Shown: piece by piece, positions 46,347-55,846 of the stretch
Numbering within the stretch: the first letter of the stretch is position 1
Layout: every line of letters starts with the position of its first letter
Assembly (NCBI GenBank): GCA_965223415.1
Contig: OZ245002.1
Coordinates: 352,001 to 416,000 of the forward strand
From: Myxococcota bacterium
GTDB lineage: Bacteria; Myxococcota_A; UBA9160; UBA6930
Reading direction: 5' to 3'
DNA length: 64,000 bases
Translations under genes and position numbers: made by a program
The notes under the pieces: generated by a model
The model's database searches: none
The model's input: the letters and a program-made list of their open reading frames with translations, nothing else
Told to the model about the DNA's origin: nothing

Positions 46347-47603
46347 TCAGGAACTTCCGCCGAGAAGACACGGATCCGCCGGCTGGGGCGAGCCCGCCGG
46401 GAGGATCCGGAACCGCTGCGTCCCGAGCCCGTCGATGGCGCCGTGGACCAGGTCACCGGCTTGGAGGTAGCCACCGGGCTCGCCGCGGGTCGCCCGCGCG
46501 ACCTCCTCGACCCTTGCCTGCTCGAGGGGACCGCGCAGGTTCACGAGGCTTCGCAGCACGAGGGGGAAGATCGACGGCGCACGCAGCGCGACGCCTTCCG
46601 GCGTGCCGGTGAGGAGGATCGTGCCGGCCGGCAGGTGATGGCCACCGTCCGCCGACGGCAATGCGAGGAGGTCGTAGCGCTCTCCCCCGTTCAGCCTGCG
46701 CGCCATCGGCGTGCGCGGCCCCCCTTCGGCCACCTGCGCCGCGATCCGGGCCAGCAGCACCGCCGGCTCGAGGATCATGAGCTCCGTGGTCGCTTCCTGA
46801 CGCCGATCGGGTCCGCCCCCCTCGTCCACGTCGAGGCGCAGCCCGAGCCCCTTCCCGCCACATCGCTCGAGCGCCGCGAACAGCTCGCGGCCCCGCACCA
46901 TCCACGGCCCCATCGGCAGAAAGCCGGGCTGGCCCTTCGCCTTGACGAAGCCCGTCCCGAGTCCCGAGACCGATGCCTCCCGGATGATCGCTTCGCGATC
47001 GGACACGTCGTTCGTGACGAAGTACGCCCCGCGCTCCCGCAGTGCTGGCGTGTCCGGCAGTGCATCCAGGGGGACGTCTTCGAGGAGAACGAGGCCCAGC
47101 TCGACCTCCCAATCCAGCAGCGTCACCCCGGCCGGCGGCGCCACGACACCGTAGGGCGACGTGGGTGAAGCCGGCTTGGGAAAGAGAAAGACGTCGCCGC
47201 CGCCGGCTTCGTCGGCATGAGCCGCGTAGTTGAGCCCCGCGGCGATGATCACGGCCTCTTCCCCGTCGATGCGCGACTGCGCCACGCCGACCGGTGGACA
47301 GATCCGGGCGGGCGCGGACTCCGCGGTCAGCTCCCAGACGTCTTCTCCGGCGGTGCCGGCGGCGGCCAGCTCGAAGACCTGGGGGAGCGGGGTTTCGATG
47401 GGGGCAAGGGGAATGAGAGCGCGGGGCTCGCCGTCTTCGGTCTCCACGACGAGGACGTAGGTGGGCTCGCCATCGGGGGAGAGGGCGCGGGTGACGCGGG
47501 GGAGGGGTTGGGAGGTGAGGCAGGCGTCGAGGTCGGAGGCGGAGGCTCCGGCCGGGAGGAGGAGCGCGGCGGTGAGAAGAGGGGTGATGAGGTGCTTGGA
47601 CAT
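46347..47603 (-). CDS. Fumarylacetoacetate hydrolase family protein with signal peptide
   Basis: GLNYAAHA; LDWEVELG; NDVSDR; ILLTGTPEGV. Confidence 0.85.
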   Translation of the reverse strand: MSKHLITPLLTAALLLPAGASASDLDACLTSQPLPRVTRALSPDGEPTYVLVVETEDGEPRALIPLAPIETPLPQVFELAAAGTAGEDVWELTAESAPARICPPVGVAQSRIDGEEAVIIAAGLNYAAHADEAGGGDVFLFPKPASPTSPYGVVAPPAGVTLLDWEVELGLVLLEDVPLDALPDTPALRERGAYFVTNDVSDREAIIREASVSGLGTGFVKAKGQPGFLPMGPWMVRGRELFAALERCGGKGLGLRLDVDEGGGPDRRQEATTELMILEPAVLLARIAAQVAEGGPRTPMARRLNGGERYDLLALPSADGGHHLPAGTILLTGTPEGVALRAPSIFPLVLRSLVNLRGPLEQARVEEVARATRGEPGGYLQAGDLVHGAIDGLGTQRFRILPAGSPQPADPCLLGGSS

Positions 47604-47833
47604 GGGCGGAGTAGGTTAGCGTGGGAGGTAGCTGATGGGTGCGCGGACGGGGTGGCGCAGGCTTGGGATGAGTTGGGATGGGGGCGCGTACGGGTTGGAT
47701 CGCGGCTTCCTTCTCTCCTGCGCGACGCGGGAACGTCGCGGCCGATCGGGGCGCGGGCCCTTGCCGGGGTTGCTCCTCATGTTGGCCGGCTGGTTGACAT
47801 GCGGACAGAGCATCGCCGAACCTCAACACTGTC

Positions 47834-48295
47834 ATGCGTAGGGAGCTGAAGCAGCTTCCATTGCCCACCTGGGCTGGCACGCGACGCCGGGCCGGGCGGA
47901 AGCCGGGGCCGAGCCCGAACGTGCCCCATCTGCGACGGGGAAAGCTGGCCTCACGCTATCCGTGTCACCTCACGCTCAAGGTGCGGGACGACGTGCCCTC
48001 CCTCCGCATTGCGAAGCTCGTGCACGAGGTCGAGCGGTCCTTCGCGAAGGCCTGTGACCGCGGGGACTTCCGGCTCGTGCACTACTCGATCCAGGGGATC
48101 ACGTCCACCTGATCGTGGAGGCGAACGGCTTCGAGGCGCTCGGACGGGGGATGAAGTCGTTGGGAGCGCGGCTGGCCCGAGCCGTGAACCGGGTCTTCTC
48201 GCGACGGGGCCGGTCCTGAAGGACCGGTACCACCACGCCGTGCTGAAGACGCCGAACCAGGTGCGGAACGCGCTCCGCTACGTGCTCCTGGACGG
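47834..48295 (+). pseudogene. Y1 (IS200/RAYT-like) HUH transposase, two frameshifts, apparently 3' truncated
   Basis: Joined frames read ...HLTLKV...FRLVHYSIQG/DHVHLIVEA...LARAVNRVFSRRG/PVLKDRYH..LKTPNQVRNALRYVLL; shifts near 48096 and 48210. Confidence 0.78.
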
Positions 48296-48358
48296 ATCCC
48301 CGCCTCCCAACCGGCCTCCCTCTCGAAGCAGGGCCGGCAAAGGCATCGCGCGCGCCGC

Positions 48359-50650
48359 TCACCCCCCGACCCGAGCCACCCCCGACACCTTCTCGTCTTC
48401 CTCCTCCGGCACCTCACCCGCGAAGTCGAGGAAGATCGGGGACGACCAGGCCCTGGGTTCGTGCTCGGCGAGGCAGTCGTCGCTGGCGGGCTGGTCGCTG
48501 CAGAGGTGGACGGAGACGCAGTCCCCGGTGTCGTCGAAGGTGCAGCGGACGCCACCTGCGTTGATGGCCAGGGCGGGGGCTTCGTAGGCGCGGGCGTAGT
48601 AGACACTCTCGCGGGCGGTGCGGGTGAAGCTCCGGTCTTCGAAGGTGACGGCGCAGCCGGAGGCGTCGGGCTCGCACTCGAAGGTCCGCCACGGGTCGTC
48701 GATGAGGGTGGCGGGATCCTCGTCGGGGGTCTCCTGGGGGCGCACGCGGACGATCTCGATGCGGGTGATCGGGCGGCGTGTGTCCGAGGGGTGGTAGCAC
48801 TCGCGCTTGCACAGGCGGTCGAGGCGCTCCGGGCCGAGCGCCCGGACGGCGGCGTCGGGACAGCCGGGCTGCTGCTCGAAGGAGCCGACGGCGCGCACCT
48901 GGAAGATCGGGTTGCCCTCCATCGCCACCTCGCTTCCCATGGGCGCGGAACGGCCCGTGGAGCCCGGCGGGTTCAGCAGGTCGAACCACAGCAGGAGCCG
49001 CGGCCCGGTGGTGGCGTAGACCTCCTTGCGCTCCAGCGCCTTCCAAATGGCGGGCCGGTCGCGGCCGGCGGCGTGAACGGCGACGAGCCCGCCGGTCTGG
49101 AAGAAGGAGAGCTGGCGCTCCATCTCGCGCCGCTGGAAGCCCGCAAGGCCGCGCGCCGCCTCGTCCGCGGGGCGTGACTCCGCCGCTGGCGGCTCCTCCG
49201 GCGGCTGGAAGAGGCGCACCAGCGGGCCCACCGGGGGCCCGGTCGACTCGGTCATCCCGGGCCGCGCCACCTCCTTGTAGCCGCTGCCGGCGCGGGCGGA
49301 GTGGTTGTCGCTGGACCCGATGAAGCCCATGCGGTAGCGGCCGGGCGAAGCGTCCGGCTCGTCGAAGTTGCCGAGGGCGAGCAGGTACTGGGCGGAGCCG
49401 CCCGGGCGGTAGTTGAAGGAGGGCTGGTCGCAGTCGCGGCATTGGCCGGCGTCGAGCCACTCCGCAGCGCTCGCACCCGGGACGGTGAGGTGGGCGACGG
49501 GGCCCGCGTCCGCGGCGTGGGCTCGCGCGGTGGTCGCTCGCTCCTCGCATTCGTCGGCGGCGAGCCCGGCCGTGAGACATCGCGCCCGGATGATCTCGCC
49601 GGCACGCCAGCAGGTCGGCAGGTAGTCCGGGCTGGGCTCCGGACACATCGCCTCCCCGTTCTCGTCGTACACGACGGCGCGGAAGCTGCGATAGACGTCG
49701 CCGTCGCCGTGGCCCGAGTAGATCTCCAGGAGCATCTGCCGATCCGGATCGTGCTGATCGCCCTCGAGCTGTCGGTCCCAGGCCGCCCCCGGCGGCGTGC
49801 CGAAGCCCCAGGTGGTGCCGTGGGGGATGACCAGGGAGGCGACCCCCCACTCGGCGAGCTTGCCGAAGAGCTCGGCCGGTGTGGGGGCGACTTCCGTGCA
49901 GTCCGGCGACAGGTCGCGGGTCGGCATGCCCTCGGGACACACGGTGAGGGCGGCTCGCTCGCTCACGTCGTTGGCCAGGTCGTGGAGACGCGAGTGACGG
50001 AAGCGCAGGGCGAGCAGGCCGCGGGCGAGGAGCGGCGCCCCACCGGCGGGCGGGCGGGCGGCGATCGGCCGGGCGGGGATCGCCTCCTCGGCGAGGCCGC
50101 GGAGGATCACGTTCTTGTGCCCGTAGTGCTCCTCGGCCGTGGCGCCCACTTGGGTCCACTCCCAGCCCAGGAAGGGCACCAGGTCCGGCGCCGCCGCATC
50201 GCCGGCCGCCGCGTCGCACTGGCGGAGGGAGTCGATCGTCTCCTGCCAGTGGAGGGGCGTGAGGCCCTCGGCGTGGTCGTTGATCGAGAAGAAATCCAGC
50301 GCCGAGCAGTGGCGAGCGAAGTCGCAGGCGTCCGCCGGGGGATGGGCCCCCTCTCCCAGCAGCCCGGGCAGGCTCAGCAGGAAGGCGTCGGAGGAGAAGG
50401 TCGTGTGGACGTGGAGATCGCCGAAGAGCACCTGCTTCGGCCGCGGCACGCCGATGTCGTCCGCCGCGGCGGCCACCCGCGCCGTCGCGGCGGCGACCAC
50501 CTCGGCGCTGCGCCGCGGCCCCACGATCTCCCCGGGCCCCTCGTGTCGGCCGAACGCCCCGCGGCCCGCCGCTACGACCAGGGCGATGGCGATCCCCACG
50601 AAAGCGAGGACGACGGCGAGGAGGCCTGCGACCAGCCGTTTCCCGGACAT
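48359..50650 (-). CDS. DUF3604 family protein (PHP-like metallohydrolase), copy 2
   Basis: FGDLHVHT; INDH; GWEWT; IPHG; SSDNH; RAWSSPI. Confidence 0.88.
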   Translation of the reverse strand: MSGKRLVAGLLAVVLAFVGIAIALVVAAGRGAFGRHEGPGEIVGPRRSAEVVAAATARVAAAADDIGVPRPKQVLFGDLHVHTTFSSDAFLLSLPGLLGEGAHPPADACDFARHCSALDFFSINDHAEGLTPLHWQETIDSLRQCDAAAGDAAAPDLVPFLGWEWTQVGATAEEHYGHKNVILRGLAEEAIPARPIAARPPAGGAPLLARGLLALRFRHSRLHDLANDVSERAALTVCPEGMPTRDLSPDCTEVAPTPAELFGKLAEWGVASLVIPHGTTWGFGTPPGAAWDRQLEGDQHDPDRQMLLEIYSGHGDGDVYRSFRAVVYDENGEAMCPEPSPDYLPTCWRAGEIIRARCLTAGLAADECEERATTARAHAADAGPVAHLTVPGASAAEWLDAGQCRDCDQPSFNYRPGGSAQYLLALGNFDEPDASPGRYRMGFIGSSDNHSARAGSGYKEVARPGMTESTGPPVGPLVRLFQPPEEPPAAESRPADEAARGLAGFQRREMERQLSFFQTGGLVAVHAAGRDRPAIWKALERKEVYATTGPRLLLWFDLLNPPGSTGRSAPMGSEVAMEGNPIFQVRAVGSFEQQPGCPDAAVRALGPERLDRLCKRECYHPSDTRRPITRIEIVRVRPQETPDEDPATLIDDPWRTFECEPDASGCAVTFEDRSFTRTARESVYYARAYEAPALAINAGGVRCTFDDTGDCVSVHLCSDQPASDDCLAEHEPRAWSSPIFLDFAGEVPEEEDEKVSGVARVGG

Positions 50651-50658
50651 GATCTGCC

Positions 50659-52896
50659 TCAGCTCCCGCTTCGTGCGAAGTCCACGTAGATCGGGGACGA
50701 CCAGGCCCGCGGCTCGTGCTCGGCCAGGCAGTCCGGGTTCGCGTCGGTCCGGCCGGGACACAGGTCGACCTCGCTGCAGCGGCCCTCGTCGTCGACGCTG
50801 CAGCGCACGTTGCCCGCGTTGATGCCGGGAGCGGGCTCCTCGTAGGCGCGCACGTAGTAGACCGCGTCGCGGGCCGCCCCCGCGAACTCCGCGTCGCTGA
50901 AGGTCACCGCACAGCCGGCGGAACCGGGCTCACATGCGAAGCTCTTCCAAGGGTCGTCGATCAGCGAGCCCACGTCCTCACCCTGCGAAACCTGGGGACG
51001 GATGCGAACGACCTCGATGCGCGTGATCGTTCGCCGCGTCTCGCCTGGGTTGTAGCACTCGCCCTTGCAGATGTGCTCGAGGCGCTCGGGCCCCAGGGCG
51101 CCGGTGGCGTAGTCCGGGCAGCCGGGCTGCTGCTGGAAGGAGCCGACCGCTCGCGCCTGGAAGATGGGCAGCTCGGCCATCTCCACCTCACCGCCCATGG
51201 GCAGCCCGCGCCCGCGGGAGCCCGGCGGGTTCAGCAGGTCGAACCACAGCAGGATGCGCGGCCCGCTCGTACCGTACACCTCCCGCCGCTGCATGGCGTC
51301 CCAGATGGCGCCGCGATCGCGCCCTTCGGCGTGAGCGGCGATCAGGCCGCCGGTGAGGAAGAAGGACATCTGACGCTCGGTCTCGAAGACGTTGAAGCCG
51401 AGCTGGTCCACCTGGATCGCCCGGGACGAGGCCGCCGGCTCCTCGGGCTCCGGAACGAGCATCGAGGCCAGGGGGCCGGCCACCCCGGCCGGCGTGTCGC
51501 CGGCGAGGCCCATGCTCTCGGTCATGCCGCGCCGGTGGACCTCCTTGTAGCCGGTGCCGGGACGTGCGTAGTGGTTGTCGCTCGAGGCCATGAAACCCAT
51601 GCGGAAGCGCCGCGGATCGTTCGGGTCCTCGTCGAAGCCGCCGAGGGCCAGGATGTACTGGGCCGATCCGCCGGGTCGATAGTTGAAGGAGGGCTCGTCG
51701 CAATCCCGGCACTGGCCCGCGTCCAGCCAGTCGGAACCCGAGCTGCCGGGAACCGTTCCCATGATCGCGATGCGGGCAAGGGCGGCGTGCTGGCGGGCGG
51801 TGACCGCGCGCTCCTCGCACCGGGCTTCGCTCGTGCCCTCGGCCAGGCAGCGCTCGCGAATGATCTCACCGGCGCGCCAGCAGGAGGGCAGGTAGCCCTC
51901 GCTGGGCTCGGGGCAGGACAGGCTTCCGTCGTCGGCCACATCGACGGCGCGGAAGTCCCGGTACACCTCGGAATCGCCGTGCCCCGAGTAGATCTCGATC
52001 AGGCGCTGGCGCGCCGGATCGTGCATGTCGCCCTGGAGCTGCTTGTCCCAGGTGGAGCCGGGGGGTGTGTAGAAGCCCCAGGTGGTGCCGTGGGGGATCA
52101 CCAGGGCGTCGCCGCCCCACTCCGCCAGCTTGCGGTAGAGATCGGCGGGCGTCGCCGCGCCCTCCATGCAGTCCGGGGGCAGCTCGCTCGTGTGCACGCC
52201 GGCGGGGCACTCCGGACGGCTCTCGGACTCGGCGAACATCCACACGAGATCGTGCATGCGGCCGCCGAACAGCAGCGCCGCGAGCCCGCGACTGAGCACG
52301 GGTGGGTTACCGAGGCCGCCGCGCAGGGCGGCGATCGGTCGGGGCGGGACCTCGTCGTCTTCGGTGCCAGCCAGGATCACGTTCTTGTGCCCGTAGTGGT
52401 CGTCGGGGGTCGTCCCGACCTGGGTCCACTCCCAGCCGAGAAAGGCGACGGTGTCCCGCTCGTTCCCGACCGCGTTGCACTGGCGAATGCTCTCCACGGT
52501 CTGGCGCCACTCGTCCGGGGTGATGCTGAAGGCGTGGTCGTTGATCGACCAGAAGTCGAGGGCCGAGCAGTAGCGCGCGAAGTCGCAGGCATCCGCCGGC
52601 GGGTGGGCGCCCTCCCCCTGCATCAGCGGGAGCGAGAAGGTGAAGGCGTCGAAGGAGAAGGTGGTGTGGACGTGGAGATCGCCGAAGAGCACCTGCTTGG
52701 GGCGGGCCACGCCGATCTCGTCGGCGGCTCTCTGCACCGCGGCATCCGTCCGACGGACGGTGTCCCGGGGCCGCGGCTCCTCCGTCACGAGACCGGGCTC
52801 CTCCGGGTCTCCGAAGACCCCCCGGCCCGCCAGCCAGACGAGGCCAAAGGCGACGACGCCCAGGGCGACCATCGCCAACACGAAGTTCCGGATCAT
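50659..52896 (-). CDS. DUF3604 family protein, copy 1
   Basis: Same motifs as copy 2; N-terminal TM anchor. Confidence 0.88.
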   Translation of the reverse strand: MIRNFVLAMVALGVVAFGLVWLAGRGVFGDPEEPGLVTEEPRPRDTVRRTDAAVQRAADEIGVARPKQVLFGDLHVHTTFSFDAFTFSLPLMQGEGAHPPADACDFARYCSALDFWSINDHAFSITPDEWRQTVESIRQCNAVGNERDTVAFLGWEWTQVGTTPDDHYGHKNVILAGTEDDEVPPRPIAALRGGLGNPPVLSRGLAALLFGGRMHDLVWMFAESESRPECPAGVHTSELPPDCMEGAATPADLYRKLAEWGGDALVIPHGTTWGFYTPPGSTWDKQLQGDMHDPARQRLIEIYSGHGDSEVYRDFRAVDVADDGSLSCPEPSEGYLPSCWRAGEIIRERCLAEGTSEARCEERAVTARQHAALARIAIMGTVPGSSGSDWLDAGQCRDCDEPSFNYRPGGSAQYILALGGFDEDPNDPRRFRMGFMASSDNHYARPGTGYKEVHRRGMTESMGLAGDTPAGVAGPLASMLVPEPEEPAASSRAIQVDQLGFNVFETERQMSFFLTGGLIAAHAEGRDRGAIWDAMQRREVYGTSGPRILLWFDLLNPPGSRGRGLPMGGEVEMAELPIFQARAVGSFQQQPGCPDYATGALGPERLEHICKGECYNPGETRRTITRIEVVRIRPQVSQGEDVGSLIDDPWKSFACEPGSAGCAVTFSDAEFAGAARDAVYYVRAYEEPAPGINAGNVRCSVDDEGRCSEVDLCPGRTDANPDCLAEHEPRAWSSPIYVDFARSGS

Positions 52897-52950
52897 GAGG
52901 CCCTCCCGCGCCGAACCGTACCACGACCGTCTGGTCTACACTGCGCGTCC

Positions 52951-53565
52951 ATGATCACGCTCTACACCGCCCAGACCCCGAACGGCCGCAAGATCTCGAT
53001 CGCCCTCGAAGAGCTCGGCCTTGACTACGAAGTGCGCCGGGTCCAGCTGGCGGACGAGGAGCAGAAGCAGGACTGGTTCCTCGAGCTGAACCCGAACCAC
53101 AAGATCCCGGTCCTCGAGGACGACGGTCAGGTCATCTGGGAGAGCGGCGCGATCCTTCTGCACCTGGGCGAGAAGTACGACGGCGACGGGCGCATCCTGC
53201 CGAAGGACCCGAAGCAGCGGATGGAGGCCATCCAGTACGCCTTCTTCCAGACCGGCGGCATCGGCCCGAACCTGGGCCGCCTGGGCGCCGCCCTCCGCAA
53301 GGAGGGCGAGAAGAACCAGGAGATGATCGAGATCTTCGGCGGCGAGGTCGGACGCCTCTGCGGCGTGCTTGACCGCATCCTCTCGGACGGGCGCGACTAC
53401 CTGGCCCGCGACTACTCCATCGGCGACATCATGCACTACCCGTGGCTCGCCATCCCGCTCCAGCTCCAGCTTCCCCAGCTGGTCGAGCACGCGAACGTGG
53501 TGGCCTGGCTGGAACGGATCGCGGCCCGGCCCGCGGTGGGGCGCGGGATGAGCGTCCCCGAGTAG
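52951..53565 (+). CDS. Glutathione S-transferase
   Basis: MITLYTAQTPNGRK; NPNHKIP; WESGAI. Confidence 0.92.
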   Translation: MITLYTAQTPNGRKISIALEELGLDYEVRRVQLADEEQKQDWFLELNPNHKIPVLEDDGQVIWESGAILLHLGEKYDGDGRILPKDPKQRMEAIQYAFFQTGGIGPNLGRLGAALRKEGEKNQEMIEIFGGEVGRLCGVLDRILSDGRDYLARDYSIGDIMHYPWLAIPLQLQLPQLVEHANVVAWLERIAARPAVGRGMSVPE

Positions 53566-53581
53566 GAACCCAGGAGGCAGC

Positions 53582-54700
53582 ATGCTCTCGAAGCTCGACG
53601 ACTACCCGGTCCACCAGACGCCGGAGCCGATCGCCAAGCCGGCCTCGACGGATCGCCACGTCTACGACCGCTACTGGTTCAACGGCTACCAGGACGACGG
53701 CGAGTTCTACTTCGGCATCGGCGCGGCGCTCTACCCGAACTTGGGCATCATGGACTGCGGCCTCTCGATCGTGCGGGACGGCGAGCAGCACGCCTTCCAC
53801 GCCTCGCGGCGCGCGCCGGTCGAGCCGACGGATCTCTCGATCGGCCCCTTCCGGATCGACATCCTCGAGCCGATGAAGAGCCTGCGCGTCACCATCGACG
53901 ACAACGAGACCGGCCTCTCCGGCGAGCTGCTGTGGATCCCGCGCACCGCGAGCATCGAAGAGGGGCGCCAGACCAACATCGGCGAGCGCACGGTGATGGA
54001 CGCCACGCGCTTCAACCAGTTCGGCCACTGGCAGGGCGAGATCCGCTACGACGGCCAGTCCGTCACCATCGACCCGGCCCGGGTCTACGGCACGAAGGAC
54101 CGCTCCTGGGGCATTCGCCCGGTGGGCGACCGCGCACCAATGGGGGCGCCGCCGACCCGCACGCCCCAGGTGTTCTTCCTGTGGGCGCCCCTCCATTGGC
54201 CGGACCGTTGCACCCACATGGGTGTGTTCGAGAACGAGCACGCCGAGGCGTGGCACTGGGACGGCATGATCTGCCCGGTCTACGGCGATCCCGAAGACCT
54301 GCCGGGCGTCGAGGACCCGGGCGTGCGCGTGCTCCGCGCGGTGGAGCACGACCTGCGCTTCATCCCGGGCACCCGGCGCGCCGGCGGCGCGGACATCGCG
54401 CTGGTCGAGCGCGACGGCACCCGGCACGAGATCTCGCTCGACCCGGTGCTCTGCTTCCGGATGAAGGGCATCGGCTACGGCCACCCGGAGTGGGGCCACG
54501 GCATGTGGAAGGGGGAGCTCGCCGTCGGCGGCGAGAGCTGGAAGTGCGCCGACCTCGACGAGATGGCGCTGGACAACCTGCACATCCAGCAGGTGGTGAA
54601 GGCGCGCCAGGGCGGGCAGGAGGGGATCGGCGTGCTCGAGCAGATCCACCTCGGCCCCCACGCCCGCTACGGCTTCAAGGACTTCCTGGATCCGGCCTAG
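53582..54700 (+). CDS. Conserved hypothetical protein (tocopherol-cyclase/lipocalin-like beta fold suspected)
   Basis: AGGAGG RBS; DDYPVHQTP; YDRYWFNG; KDRSWGIRP. Confidence 0.75.
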   Translation: MLSKLDDYPVHQTPEPIAKPASTDRHVYDRYWFNGYQDDGEFYFGIGAALYPNLGIMDCGLSIVRDGEQHAFHASRRAPVEPTDLSIGPFRIDILEPMKSLRVTIDDNETGLSGELLWIPRTASIEEGRQTNIGERTVMDATRFNQFGHWQGEIRYDGQSVTIDPARVYGTKDRSWGIRPVGDRAPMGAPPTRTPQVFFLWAPLHWPDRCTHMGVFENEHAEAWHWDGMICPVYGDPEDLPGVEDPGVRVLRAVEHDLRFIPGTRRAGGADIALVERDGTRHEISLDPVLCFRMKGIGYGHPEWGHGMWKGELAVGGESWKCADLDEMALDNLHIQQVVKARQGGQEGIGVLEQIHLGPHARYGFKDFLDPA

Positions 54701-54710
54701 AGGAGACGGC

Positions 54711-55460
54711 ATGCAGCGATTCGAGGGCAAGGTCGCGCTGATCACGGGGGCGGCGTCGGGCATCGGCCGCGCGACGGCGGAACGGCTCGCCGGGGAAGGC
54801 GCTTCCCTCTTCCTGTGCGACGTGCAGGCGGAAGGCCTGGAGGCGACCGCCAAGCAGTGCCGCGAGCTCGGCGCCGCGGTCGAAGCCCGGAGCTGTGACG
54901 TCGCCCGCCCCGACGACGTCTCGAGCACGGTCGCGGCCTGCAAGGACCGCTTCGGCGGCATCGACGTGCTGGTGAACGTGGCGGGCGTCCTCAGCCTGGA
55001 GCGCACCGAGCAGGTGGAGCTCGAGACGTGGGAGCGCGTGCTGCGCATCAACCTGACCGGCACGTTCCTGATGTGCCAGACGGCGCTGCCCAGCCTGCTC
55101 GAGCGCAGGGGGAGCATCGTCAACATCTCGTCCACCTCGGCCCTGGCCGGCATGCCCTACGGCGCGGTGTACGGCGCGAGCAAGGGCGGCGTGCTGGCCT
55201 TCACCCGCACGCTGGCCGTCGAGTACGCCAAGCAGGGGCTGCGGGCGAACGCCGTCTGCCCCGGCTCGATCAAGACGCCGATGACGAGCCGCAGCGGCCT
55301 GCCCGAAGAGCCGGACTTCGCCCTGCTCCAGCGCGCCATGGCCCTGGACGAGCCGCGCGGCCCCGAGACCGTGGCCAGCGTGATCGCCATGGTGGCATCC
55401 GACGACGGCGCCCACGTGAACGGCGAGTCGATCCGCGTCGACGGAGGCACCCTCGCCTAG
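54711..55460 (+). CDS. SDR family oxidoreductase
   Basis: TGAASGIG; YGASK. Confidence 0.93.
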   Translation: MQRFEGKVALITGAASGIGRATAERLAGEGASLFLCDVQAEGLEATAKQCRELGAAVEARSCDVARPDDVSSTVAACKDRFGGIDVLVNVAGVLSLERTEQVELETWERVLRINLTGTFLMCQTALPSLLERRGSIVNISSTSALAGMPYGAVYGASKGGVLAFTRTLAVEYAKQGLRANAVCPGSIKTPMTSRSGLPEEPDFALLQRAMALDEPRGPETVASVIAMVASDDGAHVNGESIRVDGGTLA

Positions 55461-55471
55461 AGAGGACCGCC

Positions 55472-55846
55472 ATGGCCCGCAGCACCGCCTACGACCAGTA
55501 CCCGCAGCACATCCTCACCCTGGAGCCCCAGGCTGGCACCGCCCGGGCCGTCTTCGAGGGACGGGTCGTCGCCGAGAGCCGCCGCGCCCTGCGCCTCCTC
55601 GAGGGCAAGTACCCCCCGGTCCTCTACTTCCCTCCGGACGATGTGCAGCAGGACCAGCTGCGGAAGACCGACCACTCGACCCACTGCCCCTTCAAGGGCG
55701 ACGCCAGCTACTGGAGCATCGGCGACGAGCCGGGGCCGGGCGAGAACGCGGTCTGGGGCTATGAGGATCCCTTCGACCAGATGCTCCGCCTCAAGGGCCA
55801 CTTCGCCTTCTATCCCGATCGCGTGCAGTTCGAGGTAGACGACTGA
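55472..55846 (+). CDS. DUF427 family protein
   Basis: VAES..AL.L.E..YPPVLYFP; THCPFKGDASYWS. Confidence 0.9.
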   Translation: MARSTAYDQYPQHILTLEPQAGTARAVFEGRVVAESRRALRLLEGKYPPVLYFPPDDVQQDQLRKTDHSTHCPFKGDASYWSIGDEPGPGENAVWGYEDPFDQMLRLKGHFAFYPDRVQFEVDD

